Shown here: positions 12,001-25,288 of the stretch, piece by piece
How the letters are laid out: each line of letters opens with the position of its first letter
Numbering within the stretch: the first letter of the stretch is position 1
Origin: Azolla caroliniana
Taxonomy: Eukaryota > Plantae > Polypodiophyta
Assembly: GCA_043228905.1 (NCBI GenBank)
Contig: JBHGNT010000004.1
Location: forward strand, 20,956,001 to 21,020,000
DNA length: 64,000 bases
Reading direction: 5' to 3'
Program-made: the position numbers and the translations under genes
The notes under the pieces: generated by a model
The model's database searches: none
Told to the model about the DNA's origin: nothing
What the model saw: only the letters and a program-made list of their open reading frames with translations

Positions 12001-13764
12001 GGAGAGGCAAGGAACGCGGAATGGGGTCGCCTAAGGGCCAAAGAATGAGCGCATATTCGGGGGACAACATCGACGCATGGGAAGAGCCTACGGAAGGCAA
12101 GCGCGGAGCGGGAAGAGTCGACACACCGAGGTGTTCGACATGTGGAGATGATAAACCCAAAGGTGCGGCACGCAAAGGGCGGAAACCAGAGTGCGACCGG
12201 AGAGATCCGGAGCGCATTTGGAGGACATGCGAGGCGGACCAAGAGGGTGTACCTCAGGGCGAAGCGGCAACATCAGAGGTTTCGGAGGACGCCGAAGACG
12301 AGAGCACCGACACGGATGTCGGGGAAGCAACGTACCTTTTCGAAAGGGTACGCAGAGCGGAGCGGAGTGCGAGACGTGCGATGTGGCCGCGTAAGGGCCG
12401 AACGACAAGCATGAGGATGATCGGCGAGCATGGAAGGCTATGTCTTGAGAACCGGAGGAGGTGCGTGGAGAGCAACGGGCTACGTGCCGGGAAGAGGAAG
12501 CGCGGCGTCCCGGAAGGCATGCGAGGCCAAGCGGGCCAAGCGGGCCAAGAGGACGAGAGTCGGGATGAAGCGGTAACGGGAGTCGCGAAGGACACTGACA
12601 TGATGTTCGGGATGACGGTACGCTCTACGGCGAGAGACCACGGTGAGCAAAGGAGAAACGAGGAGCGCGTAATGAGGTCACGGAGGGACCAAAGAACGAG
12701 CGCATGTTCGGGAGACAACAAGGGCACATGGAAAGAGCCTACGGAAGGTGAGCGCGGAACAGAGGGAATCGGCACGAGGTGTTCGAGACGAAGTGAGGAT
12801 CGAGCCGGAGGTAGAACACAAGCGGTACACAAGGGGCGGAATCCGGCGAGCAAACAGGGTGACCGAGGGCCTAATCAAAGGACCTAGGTGGCGGACAAAG
12901 AAAGAGTGACTGGATCGGCAATGGTGTTCTGGAGGACCGACCGGGGAGGAAGGCGAACGCGGTGGATATGGCAGTTCGGATGGAATCGATGTTTCGGGGA
13001 CACACGGTGGACGTGGTGGATCGGTTGGAGCCGTCGGCTCGAGGACGTGCGACGGATACGGTGGAACGGGGTGCTACGACGGTTCGTGTGGAAGGGACGG
13101 GCGTGCTCGTAATGGAAAACGAAGCCGAGCAAGGCCAACGAGGACACGACGGACCTCGGTATTATCACCATGGCCGAAAAATCTCACCTCTTCTTTCTTT
13201 GCACATACCGGTGGATGTGCGGTTTGGTGGGGGCGGATGTCGTGAAGATTTTCGTCCATAGGCGGAAACCGGGGTGGAATAGGCAAATCGGTGGTGTGCA
13301 CCATGTGCACATGTATACTAGGAAATGGTGCATAGAAATAAGAGGGGAAATTCTATCCCACATTGTAAGGTCCCTCCCTCCTTGGGCTATAAAAGGAAGG
13401 GAGGGATCACTTATGAGGGGTTGCCTATTTTGAGGGAGAGAGGCATACCACTTAGGTCGAGGGTTTCCTATTCAGTTTTAGGGTTTCGGTTAGGGTTTTC
13501 TTCTTGGGTTTTCTTTAGGGTTTTCTTATAGTCGTTTAGTGCGGCCATGGTGGCCACCATTGTTGTAATCATTCGCTCGTTTTTAATATAGCTTGTTGTG
13601 GATCTTGCTTCCATCTATTTTGGTCTACGCTTATGTGCTACTCTTCAACTTCTCATCCGGTGTTAAGCTTCCATTTCTCATATCTTATTCTTTCTCCTCT
13701 ACTCCCTAGTCCAAGACCCCCGTGGTCCCGCCCCTTCTACACGCACGTGCGTAACAATGCAACA
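9063..13764 (+). mobile_element. Element B: complete 4.7-kb tRNA-Trp-primed gag-only element, 4-bp TSD GCGG
   Basis: Near-identical LTRs 9063-9577 and 13238-13764, PBS 9582-9599, PPT-like GGTGGGGGCGGA. GCGG at 9059-9062 and 13765-13768. Removing it restores the host gag reading GRRDFDQW. Confidence 0.92.
9621..13112 (+). CDS. Element B ORF: truncated Gag fused to a long G/E/T/R-rich repetitive tail; one frame with two in-frame stops
   Basis: ORFs 9621-11276, 11313-12887 and 12888-13112 are in the same frame. N-terminal VGRFNGNEVPKFLGAYKAEM is homologous to the gag of A, H and I. Confidence 0.6.
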
Positions 13765-16438
13765 GCGGGACTTCGACCAATGGATATCGTCGGCAAAGAC
13801 CCACCGGGGCGTTCCGAGAGTACGAGCGACGGCTTGCTCGGCTCCCGGAGTGGGAACAAGGTTTGGTGGGGGCAGACAAAGTCCTGTTGTTCGTTAAGTC
13901 GATCGACCGAGCGGAACGGGAGGCCATCGAGATTGAGCTCGAAGACGAGGACGGAGCGAATGGCCTCACCGAGGACTGGTCGAAGGTCGGAAGGGTGTGC
14001 CAACGGCTAGATGACGAGCGAGCCGAGAAGGCTAAGAGGAAGGTGCGTGACGGCGTGCCATCACAGCGAGAAGAGGCCAAACGGCAAAGAGAGTCGGCAA
14101 GGGTCAGCATTGGGGCCAGGATTGCGGAGGCGTATGCAGCTCTTGAGGTGATGCTCGAGGAAGAGGAAAGATCGAGGCCGCAAGCCGAGACCGAGGAGAC
14201 GAACTTGCCCCCGTTATGGCGGAAGGCCGGTACGACGGTACCACGGGAGAGGGTGTGGAACATAACGCCCTCTCGACTTGCGGAGAATTGCCAACCGAGG
14301 ACAAGGTCGGGAGCGGAGAAGAGCCCTCCACGCGGATTCCGGAGACTCCGGTGGTCGAGCCCGTGTGCCTACATGAGACTGGAGAGAAGGGAGGCGCCAC
14401 GAGGAGTCCGGGCACGATGCCAGCGAAGAAGGATGGGAAATGGCCTGCGAGGAGGCCAAGGACGGAGGCAACACGGAAAGATCGGCATTCCGATTCGAAT
14501 GGAGCGTGATTCGGATGTGGATGACTCGACCGAAACCGGCCCAAGGCGCGAAAGACCAGGGACGGGTTATTAAGCCCGATCGGTAGGGCTTGGTTTGGTA
14601 CAATAGTGCCGGCGCGGAAGAGGGTGCGAAACAAATCGCCCTCTTTTATATGAGGACACAAGCCGGCCAGGCCAAGGCCGCAGATCGGGAAGCTAGCGAT
14701 CGAGGTTGCGGAGAGAGACCGACAGGTTTCGGACACCGCTGCCCGAAACTCCGGACATTGGAGAATCAAGTGCAGGCGGCACCTGATCGATCGAAGTCCA
14801 GATGCTTCTCACCGAACGTGCTTGGGGAGCGGTACCCCGAACGAGCGTCCGCAAATCATTACGGGATGGAAACACCACGTCTTATCCGTAGACTCAGGCA
14901 ACCGGCAATGAGTGCCGACGTGAGACCTAGAGAGATGGGAGATGGAGGTGGGTACGCGAGAAGAAGAGCAACGACGAGTTCGGGAGAAGTACAAAGGATG
15001 AAGAGGAGAACGAAGACCGGTCCTACGGAGATCCTCACACTGATACGGCTGTCGGCCCGAGTGCCTGCGTGAGTCCTATAGGAGAGATCAGTGGCGATAG
15101 GAGAACGGGACCCGACAATCCAGAGAATGACAAACGAGAACCGAGCGGAGCGGACTTCTGGATAACCATTCCGGGAGGGAGGAAGAGGCATACGAAGAGG
15201 CCAGGAACACGGTATGTCAGTACCACAGGAGAGGGTGTGGAGCTAGCCACCCTCTCGGCTTGCGAAAGAAGGAAGACCCAGGATAAGGGTTAGAGATACG
15301 ACGAGCCTGAGGAGGATCCTTCACACCGGTTCTAAAGACTCTGGCGGTCGGCCCGAGAGCCGGCGGTCGGCCTAGAGTGATGATCGGTGAGGGGACGAAG
15401 GCAAAGAACTGCGGATGGATGGTCCCACGAAGATCCTCACACCGATCCGGCGGTCGGCCCGAGAGCCGGCGTGAGTCCTATAGGAAAGGACGGTGGTGGC
15501 AGGTGAACGTTATCGGACGACAGGAAGCGATGAACAACAAGGAGGTGTGAGGCCGGAGAGGCGGCTACGAACCATCTCAGATGTTCTGGCAAGGTCAGTG
15601 GGCATAAGGAAGTCCGGTCCTATGGGATCCCCACACCGATCCGGAGACTCCGGTAGCTAGCTAACGGGAGTCGGCGTGAGACCTAGGGAGAAGGACAGTG
15701 GCGGCAGGGAACGGAACCCAACGACATGAGATAGCGGATAGGGAGTCAGTAAGACGGGGGAAGACGGAGTGCGAAACCCATACTGGCCGGTTACGGTTTC
15801 GGAAGGAGCGGGTAGGGGCAAACACGGGGAGGTGTGACGGGCCGGAAAGGCACACCTGGGGAGGAACAAGAGTCTCGCAAGTGGCCATCGCGGGCCGGAT
15901 CGAAGCGTGACTATGGGACGGTGTTCGGCACGGGCGGTGCCGAACAAAGGAAGCGGAAGACGACACAAGGGAGGTGCCGGGAACGAGGTGACGAGTGCAT
16001 AGTGGACTGCACAGGGTCGGAGTCAGGGGATGACAAGGGAGTCTGTCAGGAACAGTACTAAGACAGAGAAGGAATTAGTACTAAAAGAAGTATTAGTACT
16101 AAGAGAGGTGAAGAACTCTCGAGAGAAGGAAAGAGTGAGTGAGAGGGAGGGAGAGAGAGATCGAGAGAGAGAGAGAGAGAGAATGTACAGTAGTAGCTAG
16201 GAGGCTTAAGACTGGCGTTGAACTGATTTGGTTCGAAATAATGCCTGGTGCCTCCTTTTATAGTGTTCTAAGGAATACTCCTGAAGTTTCTAGAATGTTC
16301 CAGAGAAATCTAGAATATACATTAATTTTCTATAATAAAACATAAATGAAAATAATATTTTATGTATTACAATGTATAGTCTAATGGTCAAGATCTCGAC
16401 CCATGTAGCATAAGGTCATGGGTTCGAGTCTTGCCATA

Positions 16439-19400
16439 TCATGACACTATCTTCCCTTTAAAACGACGAGTGTAACGAGTCGTTTTGGATTGAGGACCCG
16501 GTTTGTCTGGATATTGATGATGGAAGTCTTCAAGAAGTGCACGAGCATTGGTGACATTCTCTATGGATTCCCAAGTACACTCATTGGGATTATATCCTAG
16601 CCAATCGACTAGATAGTAGAGCTTGTTGCGAACAATCTTGGAATCAAGGATGGCGGCAACCTCGTACTCAGGTCCATCTTCAAGCTCGATCGGGGGTGGA
16701 GGCTGTGTAATACGTCCTGGGATGGTGCTCTCTTGATAGGGTTCAAGGAGAGAACTATGAAACACCGGATGTATCCGAAGTTGTGGAGGTAGATTGAGAC
16801 AAAAAACGACATCATTAATCTTTCCTATGATACGGAAAGGACCTAATCGCCGATAATCCAACTTCTCGCATGGGCGAGTAGTCTTGATGTGTCGTCGGAG
16901 TAGCCATACCCGATCTCCAATGTTAAAACTGGATGGGAGTCGATGACGATCCGCATAAACCTTGTGTGTTTGCTGAGCTTGTTGGAGATGAGTAGATAAA
17001 TCCGCTTGTATCTTGCGTAACCGCTCCAAACAATCCTCCGCGCAAGGATTTGTGGACACCTCTGAGGTTTCAAGTACACACCACCGGGGGTGACATCCCG
17101 TATAAGCATAAAATGGCGTAACTTTAGTCGATGCGTGGATAGAGTTATTATAGGCAAATTCGGCGAAGTGGAGAATATTTGCCCAGTCATCCCGATGATA
17201 GCTGAGAAATCACCGCAGGTATTGCTCCATCGTTTGATTTGTTCATTCGGCTTGGCCGTCAGTTTGTGGGTGGTAGCCGGAGGAGAGGTTACAAGTGACC
17301 TTGAGCATTTAAAAAAGGTGCTTCTAGAATTTTGACACGAACTGGGGTCCACGGTCGCTGACGATACTATCGGGAAGTCCATGATGCCGACATACTTCAC
17401 GCATGACAATTTCGGCGGTGTCTTCACTGGAGATTTCCTTAGTACATGGCAAAAAATGAGCCATCTTCGTATATCGATCTACCACGGTTAGAATCACATT
17501 GAACCCCTTGGAGACTGGAAGATCTGTGATGAAGTCTAGAGCAATGGATTGCCACGGCTTGCTTGGAATTGGTAATGGTTCTAATAAACCATATGGATGA
17601 TGCCTTGGCATTTTCGCTCTGCAGCATGTGTCACAAGTCCGAACAAAATCTTCGACAAATTGTCGCATACGGGGCCACCAGAATGATTGTTGTACTAAAT
17701 CTAATGTTTTAGTACTACCAAAATGCCCAGCTGTATATGTGTCATGACAGTTTTGTACTACTTGAAGGCGGGAAAAACCATTAGGAACATACAAAAGGTC
17801 TTTAAAGAAGAGTAATCCATCATGGTATTTGAATTGCCGATAGTCCGTACCTGGTGGTTGCGGCTGTGAACACGACGCTCGAGAGGGATCAATTTGTGCT
17901 AGTATAGCTTGGGCGAAAGCATTTGTCTTCAGGTCCGCACGTATGGTATCGATAATGTGGGAATCCATGGGCATGCCAAAGACCTGTGTTGCTTGCAGTC
18001 GTGCCGGTCCCAAGATTACTTGCTTTTGGTTATTGAAAGCTGGCTCACCGGGAGGCGGTGCTAGGTACGAATGCCGTGATAATGCATCTGCTTTCCCTTG
18101 ATGTTTCCCAGGTCGATATATAATCTTGAAGTCGAAACGCATGAGAAAATGGGCCCACCGAGCTTGATGTCGATTTAACACATGAGCGTCTTGAAAATAG
18201 GTGAGGTTTTTGTGGTCACTGAATACAATGACTTGATGAGAAGATCCCTCTAGAAAATGCCTCCATTGCATAAAAGAGTCCACTCTAGACAATAGCTCTT
18301 TATCATGAATTTCATAGTTGATTTCGGCGGCGTCAAACTTGCGTGAGTGAAAAGCCACAGGATGTAGCTTTTCATCATTGCCTCGTTGTGATAGAATGCT
18401 TCCCAATGCAAAATCCGATGCATCCACTTCAATGATGAATGGTTTTTCTGGATCAACGTGAGCTAGAATCGGAGCCGATGTAAATGCCTGTTTAAGATTC
18501 TCAAAAGCCATGTCCGCTTCTTCAGACCAAACGAACGATTGTCCCTTCCTAGTAAGTTGTGTAAGAGGCAAAACGAGCTTTGAGTAATCCTTTATAAACT
18601 TCTGGTAAAAATTGGCAAAGCCTAGAAAGCATTGCACATCCTGCACCGAACGTGAAGTTTTGACCTTAGCTGGGTCCATGGAGATGCCTTCTGAGGAAAT
18701 GACATAGCTGAGAAATTCCACCTAGTTGCACCCGAAACTACATTTTTCCAGCTTTGCATAGAGACCATGTTCTCGAAGTCGTTTTAGTACTAACAATACA
18801 TGAGAATCATGCTCTTCTTGGGTCTTGGAGTAAACCAGTAGATCATCCAAATAGATGATTAGACACACATCCAAGAGATCTCGGAAAATATCATTTGCCA
18901 TGTGCTGGAAGACTGCTGGCGCATTAGTGAGGCCGAACGGCATGACCGTATACTCGAAGTGCCCATATCTGGTGTGGAACGCGGTCTTCCATTCATCTCT
19001 TGGTCGGATCCATACGAGGTTATAGGCTCCCCGTAAGTCGATCTTCGTGAAGAACCTGGCACCATTGATCCGTTCTAAAAGACTTGAGATAAGGGGGAGT
19101 GCATACCTATTTCGAATTGTAACCTTATTCAAGCCACGGTAATCTACAACGAGCCGAAGTGAGCCATCCTTTTTCTTGACGAAGAAAATGGGTGCGCCGG
19201 TTGGAGATTTCGAATGTCGTATGAAACCATTCTCCAAATTCTCCTCTATATAGGCTCGAAGGACTTCCAGTTCGGTTGGTGACAAATTGTAGATCGGTCC
19301 CCAAGGTGGCTCTTTCCCCGGTTGTAAATCGATGGGGCAATCATATGGTCGATGGTGAGGAAGCGTACTGGCTTGTACTTTATCAAACACATCGACATAC

Positions 19401-20032
19401 TGATGATACTTCTCTGGAAGTTGAACGGTGGAATCCTCTTTAGTGGTGTTGGAGGGGTTTACTGATATTGCGAAGAGGAACATTTCTTCCTTGCATCCTT
19501 CCTCACGCAACTGATGTAGTGAAATCGTTGCAATCTCATGAGTAGACCCTCGGGCTTTTCGATGCCGGATTTCTCTTGTCCGCCAATCTATGTCTGGGTT
19601 ATGTAATTCGAACCATGGTAATCCTAAGACAATGGGGTGTTCTGGGATGCTAATTATATTAAGTGATATGACACATGCTAGATTATTTAGGACAACATTA
19701 ATGAGCTCTGACTCTTCTATGATATTTCCTGAGGCAATGGGACGACCATCGACGACTACTACAAGGGCAGGACACGGGAGTTTTCTGAGAGATATCTGAT
19801 GAGCTTGGGCAAATTTCCTATCCATGAAGCAAGAATTAGCTCCGGAATCTAGAAGTGCTAAGACATGTACTGGAGGAGTACTTTTAGTACTAACTGTTAC
19901 TTGGGCTACGAACACATTGCTAACTTGCTTAGAGGGAATGGAACCACTAATGGGCTGGACAGATCTAGGGCTGTCCAACCAAACGGCTCCTATTTTGGTT
20001 GGACTTAGTCGTTTAACTCTTCTTCTAACTGA
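16439..20032 (-). pseudogene. pol: Element C pol: PR-RT-RH-INT-chromodomain
   Basis: LLDSGA (PR), YLDDLL (RT), DASDFALG (RH), HHCC and SDRGPQF (INT), GPF, and YEVAAILDSK..YLVDWLGY (chromodomain). One stop and frameshifts. Confidence 0.93.
19973..20017 (-). promoter_or_regulatory. Putative -1 ribosomal frameshift signal between gag and pol of element C
   Basis: Minus strand G TTA AAC, 6-nt spacer, then an 11-bp perfect stem GTCCAACCAAA/TTTGGTTGGAC. The pol frame is -1 relative to gag and is open from 20032. Confidence 0.75.
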
Positions 20033-21093
20033 CTAAGGACATCAAATTTGTTCGCTAGATTTGGGCTATTAGTACTATTAGGACTATCAGATATCCCTAT
20101 TGAAATAGACTCGGGTTTAGTACAATCAGAACTAGCAACTATTTGGTTTACCTGCCTTCTTGGCCTATGGGGACAATTTACCGCGATATGCCCTGGTCCA
20201 CCGCAATAAAGACATAGTCGGTTTGCTCGGCGTCGTTGCTTTTCTTCTTCCGATAGCGGTCCACGACGACGTGTGGTGTCAATTTCCATCGGAGTTAGAG
20301 TACTTGCTGGAGGCGCATTATATGACTCCCTCGGAAAAGGTTTCGCTACCACTGAGGCATAGGTAGGCTCTGATCTTGCCCTCGGAATCTGGAATTGTCG
20401 TTCCAAACGTCGTTCGAAGAGGTGGTTGTCGCATCTCACCGCACGACTAATTGCTTCTGTTAATGACTTTGGCTCTTCGGGGAAGGTCAAGAGTAAATCC
20501 TTGACATCGTTGCGTAAGCCATAATGGAATTGCTCCATCAATGCGTGATCATCCCAAGGGATATCGACAGCGAGTAGGCGGAAATCTGCAGCATATGCGG
20601 AAGCTGGACGATCACCTTAGCGTAATCACCGGATTTTGTTGATTGCAGTCCTTATGCTGTCAGTATCTCCAAAACAGGCCTTAAACTCACTTATAAATTC
20701 TTCAAAACTATTTAATAATGGAGAATCCTTTTCCAACAATGGAGCAAACCATGCTAACGCTGAGCCACTAAGGAGAGTGCCTACTAGTCCCACTCGTGAT
20801 GCATCGGTGGGATATCGAGAAGGATGCATTTGTATCACTAAACGTACCTGATTCAAAAACCCTCTAAACTATGATCGGGTCCCATCAAATTTTGCAGGAA
20901 GACCGATCTTGGGTTCTTTGTGAATCCCTTGAGTGCTTGATCCTTGTTGTTGTAATGATATGATAGTCGCTTCGAGTTGTTGTACACGTAGTGTCAGCTC
21001 CCGTGTTGTTGTTTTTCGAGCGCTATTTGTTGAAGATCCCCCAACAAGCGATGATTTTCTTGTTCTAGTGCTACAAATTTCTCTTTTAAGCAC
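20005..21093 (-). pseudogene. gag: Element C gag
   Basis: KEPKIGLPAKFDGTR, LSGSALAWF, PMEID and a CCHC knuckle. In-frame stops. Confidence 0.88.
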
Positions 21094-21223
21094 TGGAGCT
21101 CCGAGAAAACAGATTGGTATTCCTGAGCGCTAACAGTTTCCATTTTACTAGGGAGGATAAGAGGATTAATAAGAAGATAAAAGGAAGAGGAGGAAAGGAA
21201 GAGGAGGAAAGGAAGATCGATCG

Positions 21224-21235
21224 AAATCGGTTCAA
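21224..21235 (-). other. Self-priming PBS of element C
   Basis: Minus TTGAACCGATTT is the exact complement of AAATCGGTTCAA at 21455-21444, about 33 nt downstream of the LTR TATA box at 21488. Confidence 0.85.
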
Positions 21236-24200
21236 ACTGTCAGGAACAGTACTAAGACAGAGAAGGAATTAGTACTAAAAGAAGTATTAGTACTAAGAGA
21301 GGCGAAGAACTCTCGAGGGAAGGAAAGAGTGAGTGAGAGGGAGGGAGAGAGAGATCGAGAGAGAGAGAGAGAGAGATGATAAGAAAAGATATATATTATG
21401 TGAAGAGAATGTACAGTAGTAGCTAGGAGGCTTAAGACTGGCGTTGAACCGATTTGGTTCGAAATAATGCCTCGTGCCTCCTTTTATAGTGTTCTAAGGA
21501 ATACTCCTGAAGTTTCTAGAATGTTCCAGAGAAATCTGGAATATACATTAATTTTCTATAATAAAACAAAAATGAAAATAATATTCTACGTATTACAATG
21601 TATAGTCTAATGGTCAAGAGCTCGACCCATGTAGCATAAGGTCATGGGTTTGAGTCTTGCCATATCATGATAGAGTCCGAAGGAGGATCCTCCACACTCC
21701 GTAGATCTCGGTAGCTCAGTCAGAGTAGCGAAGACTGACACGGCAATCCCGGGATGACAAGCTGGTGGGGGCGACGGCAAGCGGAAGACTCAGGACTCCT
21801 GTTGCAGCAGCGCAAAACGGGAAGGGCCAAGCGGGCTACTACGGGGTGTTCCTCGGATGCGGAGGACACCGGTATGCGGATGAGTGGAATGAACTGGAGT
21901 GTGGCACAGGCAGTGCCAAACAACGGACGAGGGTATGCGGCATGTGGAGGTGCCGGAGCAGAAAGGCGAGCGCGAAGATGGGTTGCGCGGTTCGGAGGTA
22001 GCGCGTAGAAGGCCAGAGAAGGATCCTCCACCTTTCCGGAGACCATGGCGGTTTGAGCCGACGTGGCGACGTAAGACCATGGAGAAGGAAGGTGGTGGCT
22101 AGAGGACGAAGGCAACGTGAAACATGGGACGACAATCAGGACAACACGAATGGTCGACGGAGGCCAAGCGGGCCACTACAGGCGTTCCTCAAGCGGAGAA
22201 CATCGGGCATACGGCGGAGAGCGGGGCGTGCATACGGCCGAACAAGAGCCAGCGGAAGTACGCGTACTACGGTGTCGAGGTTTTCCTCGCGGATACGTGG
22301 AATGAGGCGGGACCTCGGGGGTCCTGTACCAAAGAGCAAGAGAGAAAGGAGAAGATGCCCACTACGTGAGTAGATTCACAGGGACACGGCCCTTCGACTC
22401 AAGGACGCGAGTGGGACAGCGACACAGGAAGACACAAACGTATGTATGTATCAACAAACGACAAACAACACAACACAGAGTCGGTTACAACCGAACAGGC
22501 CGGCGAATAGATGCCGATACCTGTTTGTAAACGCACAGAAAGGCAGGAGCAGGCTGGAGGTGCTGCCGGAAGCACTCGGGCATTCCTCAGAGCAGCGCGA
22601 GCCTCCCGAAACCTGCACAGAAGGAAGCTATGGAGTTTGCGAACCAGAGAGAGAGAGAAGTCTTTACACGCAAACCGACAGCACTTCGTCCTCGACTCTC
22701 CGCGATCCCTCTACCTTCCTCATCTCCCTCCTTTTATAGGCAAGGAAGGAGCCGTTTCCCCTTTACTCCCTACCTACCGAATCTACCTAGGATCTCCTAT
22801 GTACAACTTAAGGCGCACGTGCATGAAGAGTCGGTTTCTACGCTCCGGTGCACGGATTCCGCTCGTGGACGGTTTTCTTCACGACAACGGAGATCACGGC
22901 AAAGGACCCATCGACGGCTCGAACGAGCCTACGGGGAGGTAAGCGCGAAGGAAGAACCGAAGCCGACGATTCAAAACCGGTAGCGAGCCGGGATGCGGAT
23001 TACGGTTGATCGGTTTCTCATCGGCTGAAATCTCTCACCCTTCACCGGATTTGGCATGTACCGGTGGACGTGCAGTTTGGTGGGGGTGGATGTCGTGAAG
23101 AATTTCGGCCAGAGGCGGAAACCGGGAAATATTGGCGACATCGACGGGGTGTAGTATGTGCGCTCACCCTTGTACATTTAGTGTGAATAACGAGGGCGCC
23201 TTTATGGCGCCGAAGAGTAGTCAAGTCGGGACAGAGAATCCCATGTAAGTCGGGATTTATCCCACATTGTAACGCATCTCCCTCCTTGTTCTATAAAAAG
23301 AAGGGAGCGCCTCTTGTGAAAGGGTTGCCCATTTTTGCATTCGTAGGGTATATATACCGTTAGAGGAAGAAACGTTCTCTCTTCCTCTTTCTTTCCCCTT
23401 GTTTACGGTTTTGTTTCTTTTCTCTGCTTCTTCCTCTTCGTTGTTTTGAGTATCGAGCCTTGGCATCTCGTGTTCCTGTTTTCTGCCCGTTCTTTGTGCA
23501 AGACCCTGCTCGGCACGACAAGCCCGAGAGCTCGCCCCCCCTGACTGGCGGCTTGGCAGTAGACGACTGTTGTAACCTGAGCTACTTAGGTCGGGCTCGA
23601 TACCAGTATTGTATCTTAGTCTTGTAATATATGCATGGAGAGTTCTGCGCACCGGTGTTTGTGTGGGTGTTTTGGTGTTCTCTTACCTCCATTTCTGTAC
23701 ATAAGGGCGTGAGCTGGGTCGATGTGGTGTGTGTGTGTGTGTGTGTGTGTGAGTCGGTGTCAAGCGCGTTCTCTCTCTCTCTTTCTCTCTCCCGTTCGGT
23801 TGCTTCCGGAACGCGTCCGGAATCGTCTTCTCGGCTTCCCTTCTTCCCTCGTCCGAGACCCCCGTGGTCCAGCCCTTCTAAACGGTTCTCATTTCTGGTG
23901 GTTTGAATGGACCGACAAAATCCAGCCCCCATTTTTGAAATGGTTCTGACGGTAGCATGGGCTGGTGAGGCATCCTGGCTTGTTCGGTTGGTTGGCCCAT
24001 TCGTTGACATAGGTCGCATTCTTTAGCGTACCGGATTGCATCCTTCAATGTTGTTGGCCACCATAGCCCACTCTACCATATTTTCCTTGCTGTAGCGTCT
24101 TCGGCATAATGTCCTCCAGCCATTCCATAGTGTGCTTCGCACAATATTATGTCCTTTTCGTCGCTGCGCACTACATGCCGCCATATGCCATCTGCGCCTT

Positions 24201-24972
24201 TGTGGTACAGTGTGTCCTGTAATAGACAGAAGTACCGGCTTTGAACAAAGCGTTTCCTCTCGTCTTTGTTCATCTCCTTCGGAGGTAAGCCGGTGCTCAG
24301 AAATTGGTGCATGTTGGTGAGCCACTTGTCTTCCTATGCGACCGTACCATCCGTTGCCGTTTCTGCTGTGACTCTAAACAGTTCTGCGTCCGGGAAATCG
24401 TCTGGGATGCCGTCATCGATTTCGCCGGAATCTAACCGACTCAAATAGTCTGCTACCGCATGTTGTATGTCGGGTCGGTGGAATATCTCAAACTCAAATT
24501 CTTGTAATAGTAACGTCCACCGGGCCAGCTTACCAGTAAGTGATGCTTTGGACACCAAGTAGAGGAGCGCCGAATGATCTACGTGAAAGGAAAATTTCCT
24601 TCCCAACAGATAGTGTCTAAACTTGGTGACACTGTAGATCATGCCCAAGGCCTCTCTTTCTATTGTGGAATAATTGCGTTCTGATTGGGACAACTTCCGG
24701 CTGGCATAATACACTAGCCGGTACCACTTCGGTTCTGTAAGTTGCGTAAGCGCGCTCCCAATTGTGATGTCGGACGAGTCAACGAACACATGGAACTCTT
24801 TAGACCAATCCGGAGTTTGCACCACCGATGCTTGTGACAATAGTACTTTTAGTGCCCGGTAAGCCTTGTCTTCTGTGTCCGTCCATTGGAACGGTGTCCG
24901 ATGTACTGCGGCATGCAATGGTGTAGCCAGGTCTGCCAGATACTGGAGCATTCGGCTATGCCACCGACTTTG

Positions 24973-25242
24973 TGATAGGGACACACTCTCCCTATGCACA
25001 ACGCTCGGCCACAACCGAGCTTAGAATCATACACAGAAAAACGGGGAATGAATACACGACGCAAAGGAGAGAAGAGTACACAGGATGTTTACGTGGAAAA
25101 CACAAACTAGGGAAAAACCACGGCAACCCACAGACTGCAAACTATCACTATATCAGAATGTACAATAGTAAAACACCGAAGCAACGACCTCGAGCTTGCT
25201 ATCTTAGCCACATGCGGCGGTTACAACAGAGGCAACAACCTC

Positions 25243-25288
<46 letters not shown>

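Larger units (their letters stand above)
16044..21672 (-). mobile_element. Element C: chromovirus (Tcn1-like) Ty3/gypsy element, full length but mutated, 5-bp TSD GAGTC
   Basis: LTRs 16044-16446 and 21238-21672, PPT aaagggaagatag, TSD at 16039-16043 and 21673-21677. Gag has a CLYCGGPGHIAVNC knuckle. Confidence 0.95.
7876..23880 (+). mobile_element. Element A: tRNA-Trp-primed non-autonomous gypsy element (gag N-terminus plus low-complexity sequence, no pol)
   Basis: LTRs 7876-8677 and 23091-~23880 (the latter lacks its last ~27 bp). PBS TGGTGAACCCGACGTGAA at 8682-8699. PPT-like GGTGGGGGTGGA before 23091. gag at 8715-9062 continues at 13769. Confidence 0.85.

Noticed and set aside
9871-16061. 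Numerous overlapping ORFs on both strands
   Set aside because: Shadow ORFs of GC-rich, low-complexity TE sequence with no recognisable domains.
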